A DNA stretch of 61,846 nucleotides from Proteiniphilum sp. UBA4084 (GCA_002383605.1 DFYK01000043.1:33727-95572), one strand, 5' to 3'. Counted from the stretch's first letter, positions 1 through 11,207 are shown. Translations and numbers: made by a program. The notes: a model not told the origin generated them from the letters alone.

Positions 1-753
1 GTTACCAACACGAGAGGTGAAGTACCGTTACAAAAAAAAGCGCCCGCGCCCGCCGGCCTCGATTGGGATCTTTTTCAGGGTCCTGCACCGCGACGTGAAT
101 ACACCACAGAAACATGGGATTACAACTGGCACTGGTACGGATGGGATTACGGTACTGCAGAGACTGGTAACAATGCCACCCATGAGCTGGACATCGCGCG
201 TTGGGCACTGAACGTGAACTTCCCTCTCCGGGTAGATGTGGAAGCTGCCAAACGTCATTTTATCCATGACGGTTGGGAAATGTACGATACCATGGATGCC
301 ACCTTCCGCTTTACCGGGGATAAAATTATCCAGTGGGATGGGAAAAGCCGTACCGGATATGATACCTACGGAGGAGGAAGAGGAACTATTATCTATGGGA
401 GCGAAGGTACCGTATTTATAGACCGGGGTAAGTATAGTCTTTTTGATAGGAACGGTAAACTGGTGAAAGACAACAAGTCATCAGCAAGCGAAGCAGGAAC
501 GGCTCTGGGAGGTGGCGGAGACATGACCACCGGACATGTGGTCAATTTCTTTGAAGCCATCAGGGGTAAGGAAAAACTGACTGCACCCATCGACGATGCC
601 AGTATCAGCATGGCCATGGTTCACTATTCGAACGTTGCCTACCGCATAGGGAAAGGATTCGACATCGATGAAAAAACCGGCAAAATGTATGACCGCGATG
701 CGATGAAACTATGGAGCCGCAATTATGAACCCGGATGGGAACCCACAATATAA
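1..753 (+). CDS. Gfo/Idh/MocA family oxidoreductase, C-terminal part (5' end lies outside the window)
   Basis: Frame 1 is open from base 1: ...PAGLDWDLFQGPAPRREY...YNWHWYGWDYGTAETGNNATHELDIARWAL..., ending HVVNFFEAIRG...WSRNYEPGWEP. These are typical Bacteroidetes Gfo/Idh/MocA C-terminal motifs. Confidence 0.85.
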   Translation, partial: VTNTRGEVPLQKKAPAPAGLDWDLFQGPAPRREYTTETWDYNWHWYGWDYGTAETGNNATHELDIARWALNVNFPLRVDVEAAKRHFIHDGWEMYDTMDATFRFTGDKIIQWDGKSRTGYDTYGGGRGTIIYGSEGTVFIDRGKYSLFDRNGKLVKDNKSSASEAGTALGGGGDMTTGHVVNFFEAIRGKEKLTAPIDDASISMAMVHYSNVAYRIGKGFDIDEKTGKMYDRDAMKLWSRNYEPGWEPTI

Positions 754-773
754 ATTGAAATTTTAAAAATAAG

Positions 774-2018
774 ATGAACAAAATATTTTATTTACTCAGT
801 ATCCTCGCCTTCGGCTTTTTCACCGCTTGCAAGGCACAGGTACCCGGTGATTTGGTGAAACAGAATTTCGATTTTGCTGCAGAACAACTGGTTTATGCCC
901 TGCAGCAAATAGATTCTGTGAAAGCAAACGATAGTCGCGATTCTCTCACCAAAACAGAAAAACCGCTGGTCAGTCCCCGTACCCTGGATGAAAACGGAAA
1001 TCTGAAATTGGTTGTTTCCCGGGACTGGACCAGCGGTTTTTTTCCCGGGGAGTTGTGGTACATGTATGAACATACAAAAGATCCGGATTGGGAAAAACAG
1101 GCAAAAGCATTTACGGCCTCACTCGAAGAACAAAAGTTCACCAAAACCACCCACGATTTGGGTTTCATCCTGTATAACAGTTTTGGTAACGGGCTGCGGC
1201 TGACGAACGACCAAAGTTACAAGCTTATCTTGATGGAAGCGGCGAACTCACTTATTTCCAGATACAAACCCAATGCCAAAATTATCCGTTCATGGGATCA
1301 CAACCGCGACAAGTGGCAATGTCCGGTGATCATCGACAACATGATGAACCTGGAATTGCTATTCTGGGCATCCAGGGAAAGCGGTGACTCCACCTATTAC
1401 AATATTGCCGTGAATCATGCTAACACGACCATGAAGAATCATTTTCGACCAGATTATGGTACCTATCACGTGGTCGACTACGACACCATTACCGGTGAAG
1501 TATTGAACCGTCATACCCATCAAGGTTATGCACATGAGTCTACCTGGGCCCGGGGCGAAGCATGGGCATTGTACGGTTATACCATGTGTTACCGGGAAAC
1601 AAAAAACAACGCCTATCTGGACCAGGCCCGGCATGTGGCAGACTTTATCTTTACGAACCCCAACCTGCCGGAGGATCTGATCCCTTACTGGGATTTTAAT
1701 GCACCAGCCATACCCGACGAACCCCGTGATGTCTCTGCAGCCACAATCATCGCATCGGCGCTCTATGAGCTGAGCACCTATGGCGGAGACAAGGCGGATC
1801 AATACAAAGAACAGGCAGATACCATCCTGAAGAATCTGACACTTCACTATCGCGCCACACTGCATGACGACGGCGGATTTCTGTTGCTTCACAGTACCGG
1901 GTCAAAGCCGTCGAACTCCGAAGTGGACGTACCACTGGTATATGCCGACTATTATTTTCTGGAAGCGCTCTTACGAAAAGAAAAAAATGAAAATGATCTC
2001 TCTTTAACTAAAAAATAA
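774..2018 (+). CDS. GH88 unsaturated glucuronyl hydrolase, exported
   Basis: WTSGFFPG, HDLGF, VIIDNMMNLELLF, WARGEAW and YADYYFLEAL motifs; N-terminal signal with FTAC (possible lipobox). Confidence 0.92.
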   Translation: MNKIFYLLSILAFGFFTACKAQVPGDLVKQNFDFAAEQLVYALQQIDSVKANDSRDSLTKTEKPLVSPRTLDENGNLKLVVSRDWTSGFFPGELWYMYEHTKDPDWEKQAKAFTASLEEQKFTKTTHDLGFILYNSFGNGLRLTNDQSYKLILMEAANSLISRYKPNAKIIRSWDHNRDKWQCPVIIDNMMNLELLFWASRESGDSTYYNIAVNHANTTMKNHFRPDYGTYHVVDYDTITGEVLNRHTHQGYAHESTWARGEAWALYGYTMCYRETKNNAYLDQARHVADFIFTNPNLPEDLIPYWDFNAPAIPDEPRDVSAATIIASALYELSTYGGDKADQYKEQADTILKNLTLHYRATLHDDGGFLLLHSTGSKPSNSEVDVPLVYADYYFLEALLRKEKNENDLSLTKK

Positions 2019-2019
2019 A

Positions 2020-4488
2020 ATGAAGCAACCAAAATATCTGTTGACAATTTTGTTTCTGGGCTATAATCTGATTGCCGGATACGGACAGATCAATTATTCT
2101 CAGAAAACAAGATTGAATGATCACTGGGAGTTCTTAAAATCAGACCTGGGCAGTATCTGGGAGGCGGTACGCCCCGGCTCCGAAGGCTCCCCGGAGATGG
2201 TACCGCTGTGGGAGCAGGTAACACTGCCCCACTGCTACAATGCTACCGATGCTGTGGATCCGGACCTCAACTACTATCAAGGTCCGGCCTGGTACAAAAC
2301 ACTTTTGTCTGTAGACAACCCTTTTAAAGAGGGTCGCACACTGCTCCACTTCGAGGGAGCAGGTCAAAAAACAAAGGTCTTTATTTATACAGAAGAGGTG
2401 GCATCTCATGTGGGAGGCTATGATGAATGGGAGGTAGATATCACCGAAGCGGTACGCCGTTTTCTTTCCTCGGACGATGCAAAACGATTTAAAGGAAAGA
2501 TTCCCCTCTCTATTCGTTGTAACAACTCGAGGGATACAGAGATGATCCCGTCCGATCTTTCCGATTTTAATCTATACGGGGGAATATACCGATACCTGAA
2601 TCTGGTATACACGCCGGCATTAGCCCTCCGGTCAGTACGTGTGGATGCCACTGTCGATGCCAAAGGGAAAAACGGTGTACTGGATATTTTCGCCACTTTC
2701 AATCAAAATAAACCGACCGGTACCCTGAATGTGAAAGTATTCTCGCCGCAGAACAAACTGCTGAAAGAGCAGAATATCCGGCTGGAAGACTTCTCCGGTC
2801 AGAAACCGTTGTCCTTTTCTTTGAATAAGCCGGAGTTGTGGGCACCGGAGCATCCTTCACTTTACCGGTGTGAAGTGACATTACAATCGGAGTCCGGATC
2901 CATGAAAGCAGAAGAAAAATTTGGTTTCCGTCATTTCGAATTTGTCAAAAAAGGGCCGTTCATGCTGAACGGAAAACGACTACTGCTGCGTGGCACCCAC
3001 CGTCATGAAGATCATGCGGGAGTGGCGGCCGCCATGACAGAAGAGATGATTGTAAAGGAGATGGAGATGATGAAATCCATGGGAGTCAACTTTATCCGAC
3101 TGGGTCACTATCAACAATCACGCATCGTGCTTGAGGAGTGCGACAGGCTGGGCATCCTTGTCTGGGAAGAGATACCCTGGTGCCGTGGGGGACTGGGGGG
3201 CGACCTGTACAAGGAACAGGCACGACGCATGCTTGCAAACATGATCTCCCAGCATCGGAACCACCCCTCGGTGATCTTGTGGGGATTGGGAAATGAGAAC
3301 GACTGGCCAAATGATTTTCCGGAATTCGACAAGGAGAAAATCAGGATCTTTATGAAAGAGCTTCATCTGCTTTCTCATACACTCGACGATTCACGGCTCA
3401 CTTCCATCCGGCGGTGCGATTTCTGTAAGGACATTGTGGATGTATATTCCCCCTCCATCTGGGCTGGCTGGTACAGAGGCATTTATACAGATTATAAAAA
3501 TGTTTCGTACAATGAGATGCAGAAAACCGATCATTTCCTGCATGTGGAATGGGGAGGAGATAACCATGCACGCCGTCATGCGGAGGATCCCTATATCAAT
3601 CTGGATAAGATTGACAGTGGCGGACAAAAAGCAGACGAACGTGCCGGTGACGCATCGCTCTACGGTGGTACGGCAAGGGCATCGCGCGATGGAGACTGGA
3701 GCGAGTCCTATATCTGTGATCTGATCGACTGGCACCTGAAGGAGCAGGAGACCATGCCCTGGTTGACCGGCGCAGCCTACTGGCCCTTCAAGGACTTCTC
3801 CACACCGGTACGTCCCGAAAATCCTGTACCCTATATGAATCAGAAGGGCGTCGTAGAAAGAGATATGACCCCGAAAGAAGCATTCTACGTCTTTCAATCC
3901 TATTGGACGGAAAAACCGATGATCCGTATTTACGGTCATACATGGCCGGTACGATGGGGCAAACCCGATGAAGAAAAAACCATCAAAGTATATTCTAACT
4001 GCGATGAGGCAGAGCTTTTTCTCAATGGACGAAGCATGGGTGTAAGGAAACGTGACAGTCAGGATTTTCCTGCTGCAGGATTACGCTGGAACACCACCTT
4101 TGAGCCGGGACAAAACGAGGTGAAGGTAATTGGCAGGAAAGGAAAAGATAGTGTTGAGGACAACATTGCGTTCGACTACGAAACACGTCCCTTCGGCAAA
4201 CCGGCAAAAATAGTTGCCCGTGTGATCGAAGATACCGAAACATATGCCTGGGTCGAAGCAGAACTTCGCGATCAGCACGATGTGCCCTGTCTTACCTCGA
4301 CCGATTATATTCGTTTTGATGCCACCGGTGACGGAGAGTTGGTTGTAAATATGGGCACTTCCACTGCTTCATCTAAGGTACAGGCATATAACGGACGGGC
4401 AAGGGTAAAATTGCTAAAGAAAGGACCGAAGAGCATCGTATCTGTGAAATCGGGTATATTGGAAACCGTTTTTATGGAAATAAAATAG
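2020..4488 (+). CDS. GH2 glycoside hydrolase (beta-galactosidase-like)
   Basis: LHFEGAG, DFNLYGGIYR, LNGKRLLLRGTHRHED, NFIRLGHYQQ and RNHPSVILWGLGNE (acid/base) motifs; signal peptide. Confidence 0.9.
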   Translation: MKQPKYLLTILFLGYNLIAGYGQINYSQKTRLNDHWEFLKSDLGSIWEAVRPGSEGSPEMVPLWEQVTLPHCYNATDAVDPDLNYYQGPAWYKTLLSVDNPFKEGRTLLHFEGAGQKTKVFIYTEEVASHVGGYDEWEVDITEAVRRFLSSDDAKRFKGKIPLSIRCNNSRDTEMIPSDLSDFNLYGGIYRYLNLVYTPALALRSVRVDATVDAKGKNGVLDIFATFNQNKPTGTLNVKVFSPQNKLLKEQNIRLEDFSGQKPLSFSLNKPELWAPEHPSLYRCEVTLQSESGSMKAEEKFGFRHFEFVKKGPFMLNGKRLLLRGTHRHEDHAGVAAAMTEEMIVKEMEMMKSMGVNFIRLGHYQQSRIVLEECDRLGILVWEEIPWCRGGLGGDLYKEQARRMLANMISQHRNHPSVILWGLGNENDWPNDFPEFDKEKIRIFMKELHLLSHTLDDSRLTSIRRCDFCKDIVDVYSPSIWAGWYRGIYTDYKNVSYNEMQKTDHFLHVEWGGDNHARRHAEDPYINLDKIDSGGQKADERAGDASLYGGTARASRDGDWSESYICDLIDWHLKEQETMPWLTGAAYWPFKDFSTPVRPENPVPYMNQKGVVERDMTPKEAFYVFQSYWTEKPMIRIYGHTWPVRWGKPDEEKTIKVYSNCDEAELFLNGRSMGVRKRDSQDFPAAGLRWNTTFEPGQNEVKVIGRKGKDSVEDNIAFDYETRPFGKPAKIVARVIEDTETYAWVEAELRDQHDVPCLTSTDYIRFDATGDGELVVNMGTSTASSKVQAYNGRARVKLLKKGPKSIVSVKSGILETVFMEIK

Positions 4489-4544
4489 AACATCCAACTC
4501 ATAATCCAACTTGTTGATTGATTTGAATTTGCTAACATCTCCAA

Positions 4545-6329
4545 ATGAAAAATAAGACATTTAGCCTCATCCTGATCTGTTTTACATGGATCGTTGCACA
4601 GGCACAGGATATGGAAAATAGCTGGGACAAAAACATTTCAAGGAATGAACATCCCAATATTCAATGGTTCAAAGATGCCAAGTTTGGTCTGTTTATCCAT
4701 TGGGGACTTTATTCTAAACTTGGCGGTGTATGGAAGGATAAGAACTACTATGGTAGCGGCGAATGGATTATGAATGTGGCAAAAGCAAACGTGGATGCTT
4801 ATGCGGAAGAAGCAGCCAACATGGACCTGTCGGATTACAATCCGGAAGAATGGGCCATGTTGGCCAAAAAGGCGGGCATTAAATATGTGGTTATCACGGC
4901 CAAGCATCACGAGGGATTTACCATGTATGATTCCAAAGTCAGTGATTTTACCATTGTGAAATCCACAAAATATGGCAAAGATCCCATGCTGCCACTTTCT
5001 CAAAAGATACGTGAGCAGGGAATTGAATTTGGATTTTACTATTCTCAGTTTCTGGACTGGCACGAACCCAATGGCGGAGGAAACAGGTGGGATTTTGATG
5101 AATCGAAGAAAAACTATCAGGAATATTATTCCAGGAAGGCCATCCCACAGCTGAAAGAATTGCTTTCAAATTATGGGCCTCTCGGAACCATCTGGTTTGA
5201 TATGCCAGGTGGACTTACCTATGAACAAACAAAAAGTTTGGTGGACACGTTGCGTAAGATCCAGCCAAATTGTTTATTCAGCAGTCGTGTGGGTCAGGGA
5301 TTGGGTGATTATCGTGATTTCGGAGACTCTGAAGTCCCTGCCCGCCCTATTCACGGAGCCTGGGAATCGATCTATACGCACAACGACTCATGGGGATTCA
5401 TTGCCCATGATAAGAATTTTAAATCTCCCAAAGAAATTATTCAACTTCTGGCAGAAGTAGCCTCAAAAGGAGGAAATTTGATGTTGAATGTGGGTCCCGA
5501 CGGAAAAGGCGCTATTCCTACTTATTCCCGTAAATATCTGCTGGAAGTGGGTAAATGGCTTGATCGATTCGGAGATGGCATTTACAAGACGACGTATGGA
5601 TTAATTCCCAGGCAACCATGGGGTGTTACCACAACCAAACCCGGAAAACTGTATCTGCATATTTTTGATCTGCCCGAAAACCATCAGATCTTGGTTCCGG
5701 GAATGAATGTCGATATTCAGCATGTGTATCAGTTAGATTCCGGAGAGAAACTAAGCTGGAATAAAAACATCGATGATCTCACTGTCACCCTTCCTGTACT
5801 GACCGACTCCCGCAATACCGTGGTTGTTGTGGAATACGCAGGAGTCTTAACCGACAAATATGATCAACTTCCGGTAACCATCTCAGCCCAATATACATTT
5901 AACGAGCTTTTGCCCCATAATGCAACAAGGGAAGGGGTAGCAAATGTTAAATCAATCACACACAGCGATTATTTTGGAAACTGGAAGCATACCACCTGCT
6001 TAACAGAACTGAAAAAGCCAGAAGATGTCGCTCATTTTAATCTTCGGTTCACTGACCCAGGCGATTATAAAATCATGCTATCATACAATTGTGAAGTCGA
6101 AAATAGTCGTCAGGAAGGAGTAATTGAATTTAACAAACAAAAATATTTGTTTCAGACAGTCAGAACGGGAGGCAATTATACCAATAAGGAGCCATTGATG
6201 TTCTACAACCATAACATTGCAATCGTGACAGTTACTAAACCCGGAATTTATTCGCTGAAAATATATCCATTGAGGGAAGGGAAAGAATTATTCAAGCTAA
6301 AATCAATCCAGATAGATCCTATCAAATGA
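4545..6329 (+). CDS. GH29 alpha-L-fucosidase with C-terminal accessory (CBM-like) domain
   Basis: WFKDAKFGLFIHWGLYS, TAKHHEGF, IWFD nucleophile and GGNLMLNVGPDGKG motifs. Confidence 0.92.
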   Translation: MKNKTFSLILICFTWIVAQAQDMENSWDKNISRNEHPNIQWFKDAKFGLFIHWGLYSKLGGVWKDKNYYGSGEWIMNVAKANVDAYAEEAANMDLSDYNPEEWAMLAKKAGIKYVVITAKHHEGFTMYDSKVSDFTIVKSTKYGKDPMLPLSQKIREQGIEFGFYYSQFLDWHEPNGGGNRWDFDESKKNYQEYYSRKAIPQLKELLSNYGPLGTIWFDMPGGLTYEQTKSLVDTLRKIQPNCLFSSRVGQGLGDYRDFGDSEVPARPIHGAWESIYTHNDSWGFIAHDKNFKSPKEIIQLLAEVASKGGNLMLNVGPDGKGAIPTYSRKYLLEVGKWLDRFGDGIYKTTYGLIPRQPWGVTTTKPGKLYLHIFDLPENHQILVPGMNVDIQHVYQLDSGEKLSWNKNIDDLTVTLPVLTDSRNTVVVVEYAGVLTDKYDQLPVTISAQYTFNELLPHNATREGVANVKSITHSDYFGNWKHTTCLTELKKPEDVAHFNLRFTDPGDYKIMLSYNCEVENSRQEGVIEFNKQKYLFQTVRTGGNYTNKEPLMFYNHNIAIVTVTKPGIYSLKIYPLREGKELFKLKSIQIDPIK

Positions 6330-6428
6330 AAATAAATCCCTTTTTTTGCATTGTGGCCGAATAAGTTTATTTGTATTAGATTGCTTTTTTGATGTAAAGT
6401 AGTTCATTTCAATTGCGGTATTAATTGT

Positions 6429-6436
6429 TACTTTTG
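6429..6436 (+). promoter_or_regulatory. Bacteroidetes sigma-A -7 element (TACTTTTG)
   Basis: Matches TAnnTTTG about 30 nt upstream of the ATG at 6467. Confidence 0.5.
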
Positions 6437-6466
6437 GAGTATGAAAACCGGATAAATAACACATTT

Positions 6467-8695
6467 ATGAAAAAAAATATTCTTCTTATGCTTGGGATAC
6501 TCCTTCTTTTATCGTGCCGCACCGAACCGCAAAGTTCCATGATCCCCCAAAGCACGGTGAAGATTGAGGAGGGAGATAGCAAAGAGTTCATTATAGAAAA
6601 GGCAGCGCATGTGGTACCCACGGTGAATCAACTGGATGCGATGGAAAATGAATTTATCGCTTTCATTCACTTCGGTCCCAATACCTTCACCCGCAAGGAG
6701 TGGGGCAACGGAATGGAGGATCCGGCAGTTTTTGATTTGCGAACAATCGACACCGACCAGTGGTGCCGGGCCATGAAATCGGCCGGCATGAAAATGGTGA
6801 TTTTTACCGCCAAGCACCACGATGGGTTTGTACTCTGGCAGAGCCGCTATACCAACCACGGAGTGGCATCATCCGGTTATCGCAATGGAAAAGGTGATGT
6901 GCTGAAAGAGCTATCTGAATCCTGTAAAAAATATGGTTTAAAACTTGGCATCTACCTCTCTCCGGCCGATCTGTATCAAATTGAGCACCCCGAGGGCCTG
7001 TACGGTAACCTGAGTGAATACACCAAACGCACCATTCCACGCAAAGTAGAGGGTCGCCCCTTTGAAAACAAAACCACCTTTGAGTTTGAGGTGGATGATT
7101 ACAACGAATATTTTCTGAACCAGCTCTTTGAATTGCTGACCGAATATGGTGATATTCATGAGGTATGGTTCGACGGGGCACACCCGAAGAGAAAAGGGGG
7201 ACAAACCTATCACTACGCGGCATGGAGGGAGTTGATTCGTACGCTTGCACCCAAGGCGGTGATTTTTGGGCGAGAAGATATTCGCTGGTGCGGCAATGAG
7301 GCAGGAGCAACCCGCGAGACGGAGTGGAATGTGATCACTTATGAGGAAGATCCCAACCTCTCCACGGAATTTTCCGATATGACGGACAATGACCTCGGTT
7401 CGCGGGAAAAACTTTACAAGGGAAAATATCTGCATTACCAGCCGGCAGAAACAAACACTTCCATCCGTGAAGGATGGTTTTACCGGGACGACGCCAACCA
7501 GAAAGTGCGCAGCGCGGATGATGTGTTTGACATATATGAGCGTTCCGTAGGTGGTAATTCCATCTTTTTGCTGAATATCCCTCCCAATCGTGAAGGAAAA
7601 TTCTCACCCCGTGATGTCGCAGTATTGGAAGAGGTAGGAAAAAGGATACAGGAGACCTATTCAGTCAATCTCTTTGAGAAAGCACGAGGTCCTAAGGAGG
7701 TACTCGATGGCAAGGCCGACAGCTATCTGGTTGTGGACAATGACGATCGTTCATTCACCATCAGTTTGCGTAAACCGGCAACCATAAACAGACTGATCCT
7801 GCAGGAAGCCATTGCCACGCACGGAGAACGAGTGGAGACACATGGGGTAGATGCCTGGATCGATAACCAATGGGTGGAAATTGCAAAAGCAACCAATATC
7901 GGCTACAAGCGTGTTCTCCGGTTTCCGGAAGTAACCACAAACAAAATACGAATCCGGATCACAGCGTCACGTCTTAACCCGGCCATCAGCAACGTTTCAG
8001 CCCACTATTACCATGCCCGTCCGCCACAGTTGTCGTTTTCACGCAACAAAGAGGGAGTGGTGACCATTGCTCCGCTGCAAGGCGTGTTTAACTGGAACCT
8101 ACACGGAGAAAATGCAGCAGAGAACCTGAACGCGGGTTATGAAATATTTTATACAATCGATGGAACAGAACCCAGCCGGACCTCCTTAAAATATGAGGGA
8201 CCCATCCCGGTGATCAATAGCGAACTCAAGGCGGTTTCATTTCTCAATGAGATACAGGGAGCAGTTGAACGAGAGACCTTTGGGATAGCCAAGAAAGCGT
8301 GGGAACCTGCCGGCGTAAGCAGTCAACGAGACAGACGTCCCGCTACAGCAGCTTTCGATGCAAACCCCTCTACCTACTGGCAGTCGGAGGAAAAGCCCAC
8401 TCCCCACTTCATTGCCATTGATCTGGGTAGCGAGCAGGAGCTGAAGGCGATGGTCTACACACCACAAACATTCTACCCTGGTGGAATGATGGCGAAAGGA
8501 GATATCCAGGTAAGCAGCGACGGCAAGCGCTGGACTACAGTAGAAAGCTTTGAATTTGGCAACCTGGCGAATGATCCCACCAAACGGACACACCGGTTCA
8601 CCCTACCGGTAACAACCCGCTTTGTGCGTGTGTTGGCCACACAAATTGAGGGTGAAGGAAACCATGTAGCCGTTACCGAGTTGGATTTTTTATAA
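6467..8695 (+). CDS. GH29 alpha-1,3/4-L-fucosidase-like lipoprotein with F5/8 type C (CBM32-like) domains
   Basis: FIHFGPNTF, TAKHHDGF, VWFDGA, SIREGWFY and LLNIPP motifs; C-terminal discoidin AFDAN..TYW..IDLG; lipobox LLLSC. Start moved to ATG 6467. Confidence 0.92.
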   Translation: MKKNILLMLGILLLLSCRTEPQSSMIPQSTVKIEEGDSKEFIIEKAAHVVPTVNQLDAMENEFIAFIHFGPNTFTRKEWGNGMEDPAVFDLRTIDTDQWCRAMKSAGMKMVIFTAKHHDGFVLWQSRYTNHGVASSGYRNGKGDVLKELSESCKKYGLKLGIYLSPADLYQIEHPEGLYGNLSEYTKRTIPRKVEGRPFENKTTFEFEVDDYNEYFLNQLFELLTEYGDIHEVWFDGAHPKRKGGQTYHYAAWRELIRTLAPKAVIFGREDIRWCGNEAGATRETEWNVITYEEDPNLSTEFSDMTDNDLGSREKLYKGKYLHYQPAETNTSIREGWFYRDDANQKVRSADDVFDIYERSVGGNSIFLLNIPPNREGKFSPRDVAVLEEVGKRIQETYSVNLFEKARGPKEVLDGKADSYLVVDNDDRSFTISLRKPATINRLILQEAIATHGERVETHGVDAWIDNQWVEIAKATNIGYKRVLRFPEVTTNKIRIRITASRLNPAISNVSAHYYHARPPQLSFSRNKEGVVTIAPLQGVFNWNLHGENAAENLNAGYEIFYTIDGTEPSRTSLKYEGPIPVINSELKAVSFLNEIQGAVERETFGIAKKAWEPAGVSSQRDRRPATAAFDANPSTYWQSEEKPTPHFIAIDLGSEQELKAMVYTPQTFYPGGMMAKGDIQVSSDGKRWTTVESFEFGNLANDPTKRTHRFTLPVTTRFVRVLATQIEGEGNHVAVTELDFL

Positions 8696-8774
8696 CAGTC
8701 CATCTTGTTCAATCCGAAAATAAAACTCCTTACACCAGTATATTACAATAACTTTAACCACAAGATAGATTCTG

Positions 8775-11207
8775 ATGATGAGAAAAAAAATATTCCCGCT
8801 GCTGACCATGCTGATAATTGTGACAGGCTGTACGTTACAACCGGGAAAAAAAGAGACACAAGCGTTGCAGTTGGTATACGATAAACCGGCCCGGCTGTGG
8901 GAAGAGACACTTCCCCTCGGCAACGGCCGCATTGGCATGATGCCCGACGGAGGCGTGGATGTGGAACAGATTGTACTGAACGACATCACCCTATGGAGCG
9001 GCAGCGAGGATCCCGAAGCATTCAATCCCGAAGCCATTCAATATCTGCCTCAGATACGTGAACTGCTGCTAGCAGGAAAAAACAGCGAGGCGCAACAACT
9101 GATGTACCGCCATTTTCGATGCGGTGGAGAAGGCTCAGGTTATGGGAGTGGGAAAGATGTGCCATATGGCAGCTTTCAAATGCTGGGCGATTTGCAGATC
9201 ACACATACCTATGCCAACAATGATAGCGTGCACGATTACCGCCGTATGCTGTCATTAAACGATGCAGTAGCCACAATGGAATTCAGCAAAGGGGATGTAC
9301 ATTTCTCACGTGAATATTTTGCTTCTTTTTCCGACGATGTTCTCCTGATCAGAGTATCGGCCGACAAGAAAAAATCCGTTGGCTTCAACCTCGCCCTCTC
9401 CCGTCCCGAAAGGGCAAATATCTCTGTGGAAGAGCATATACTTTATATGGAGGGACAACTCAACGACGGGCACAACGGTGACAAGGGGATACGTTACTTC
9501 ACCAAATTGCAGATCGTGAACAAGGGCGGCACGGTTTCATCGGATGGAAAAGGACTCTCCTTGTCGGGTGCCGACGAAGCAGTGATCATCCTCTCATCTT
9601 CCACCGATATGCTCGAAAAGGAACACAAAGAGAAGACGTCCACATTCCTCAATAAAGCACTGGCAACAAACTATGACGAACTAAAAATCAATCATACAGA
9701 GAAGTATCAGGAAAAGTTCAACCGGGTAGAACTCAACCTGGGCGAGCAGGATAACAGTCTTACTACCGACGTACGTCTGCACGACTTCCAGGTGAACGAC
9801 GATCCTGCTTTCGCCGCACTCTACTTCCAATACGGCCGTTACCTGATGATCTGCGGTACAAACGAGCATTCGCTACCGCTCAACCTACAGGGGCTCTGGG
9901 CAAACACGGTGCAAACCCCATGGAACGGCGACTACCACCTGAACATCAATGTACAAATGAATTACTGGCCTGCCGAAGTATGTAACCTCTCCGAACTGCA
10001 CCAGCCGCTGCTCGATTTCACCCGGTCACTCGTACCGTCGGGGACCAAAACAGCACAAACTTTGTATGGTGCAGATGGATGGATTGCCCATATGATGAGC
10101 AACCCATGGAAATTCACAGCTCCGGGCGAACATGCGTCGTGGGGTGCAACCAATACCGGAGGTGCCTGGCTTTGTGCGCATCTTTGGGAACATTACGCCT
10201 TCACGCAGGACAAGGAATATCTGCGTGCTGTTTATCCTACGCTGACCGGTGCAGCACAGTTCTTTCTCAGCAGCATGATTGCAGAGCCCAAAAACGGTTG
10301 GCTGGTCACTGCCCCCTCCTCCTCACCCGAGAACGGTTTCTATATGCCGGGCTCCCGCGATCAGGTTTTTGTATGCATGGGCCCCACCATGGATGTACAA
10401 ATCATCCACGAATTATTTACCAATGTCTTATCGGCTGCTGAAATTCTGGGTATTGAAGATGAAACCACATCCCAAATCAGCGAGGCACTACCCAAACTGC
10501 CACCCATGCAAATCAGTGGAAAAGGAGACCTGATGGAATGGCTGGAAGATTACGAAGAGGTTGATCCGAAACACCGCCATGTCTCACACCTCTATGGTCT
10601 GCATCCCTCCAATCAGATTTCACCCTATACCACCCCTGAGCTGGCTGCGGCAGCACGCGAAACGCTCGAGCGACGAGGCGACGGCGGCACAGGTTGGTCA
10701 CGCGCCTGGAAGGTAAACTTCTGGGCACGTCTGCACGACGGAAACCGAGCCTACAAATTACTCAAAAGCCTCATGGAACCGGCACTTCCGTTGAATACCA
10801 CCACGTACGACGGACAGGGTGGCGGCACCTACCCCAACCTCTTCTGCGCACATCCGCCATTTCAGATCGACGGCAACTTCGGTGGCACGTCCGGTATCGC
10901 TGAAATGCTTATCCAAAGCCAGGATGGTTACATCAATCTGCTTCCAGCCCTCCCCGATGCATGGAAAGATGGCAGCTTCAAAGGATTGCGTGTGCGGGGC
11001 GGTGCCGAAGCGGATGCCATATGGAGCAACAAACAACTCACAACAGTCACCCTCCAGGCTACATCGGACAATACATTCCGAGTGAAGGTCCCTGAGCATG
11101 CCATATCTATCCTACATAACAACAAAGAGATACCGGTTGAGGACGGATTTGTTTCCATTAAAATGAATAAAGGAGATATCGCAAAACTGGACTTTTCATC
11201 CCACTAA
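8775..11207 (+). CDS. GH95 alpha-1,2-L-fucosidase
   Basis: LPLGNGRIG, FQYGRYL, NLQGLW, YHLNINVQMNYW, HRHVSHLYGLHP and HPPFQIDGNFG motifs. Confidence 0.95.
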   Translation: MMRKKIFPLLTMLIIVTGCTLQPGKKETQALQLVYDKPARLWEETLPLGNGRIGMMPDGGVDVEQIVLNDITLWSGSEDPEAFNPEAIQYLPQIRELLLAGKNSEAQQLMYRHFRCGGEGSGYGSGKDVPYGSFQMLGDLQITHTYANNDSVHDYRRMLSLNDAVATMEFSKGDVHFSREYFASFSDDVLLIRVSADKKKSVGFNLALSRPERANISVEEHILYMEGQLNDGHNGDKGIRYFTKLQIVNKGGTVSSDGKGLSLSGADEAVIILSSSTDMLEKEHKEKTSTFLNKALATNYDELKINHTEKYQEKFNRVELNLGEQDNSLTTDVRLHDFQVNDDPAFAALYFQYGRYLMICGTNEHSLPLNLQGLWANTVQTPWNGDYHLNINVQMNYWPAEVCNLSELHQPLLDFTRSLVPSGTKTAQTLYGADGWIAHMMSNPWKFTAPGEHASWGATNTGGAWLCAHLWEHYAFTQDKEYLRAVYPTLTGAAQFFLSSMIAEPKNGWLVTAPSSSPENGFYMPGSRDQVFVCMGPTMDVQIIHELFTNVLSAAEILGIEDETTSQISEALPKLPPMQISGKGDLMEWLEDYEEVDPKHRHVSHLYGLHPSNQISPYTTPELAAAARETLERRGDGGTGWSRAWKVNFWARLHDGNRAYKLLKSLMEPALPLNTTTYDGQGGGTYPNLFCAHPPFQIDGNFGGTSGIAEMLIQSQDGYINLLPALPDAWKDGSFKGLRVRGGAEADAIWSNKQLTTVTLQATSDNTFRVKVPEHAISILHNNKEIPVEDGFVSIKMNKGDIAKLDFSSH

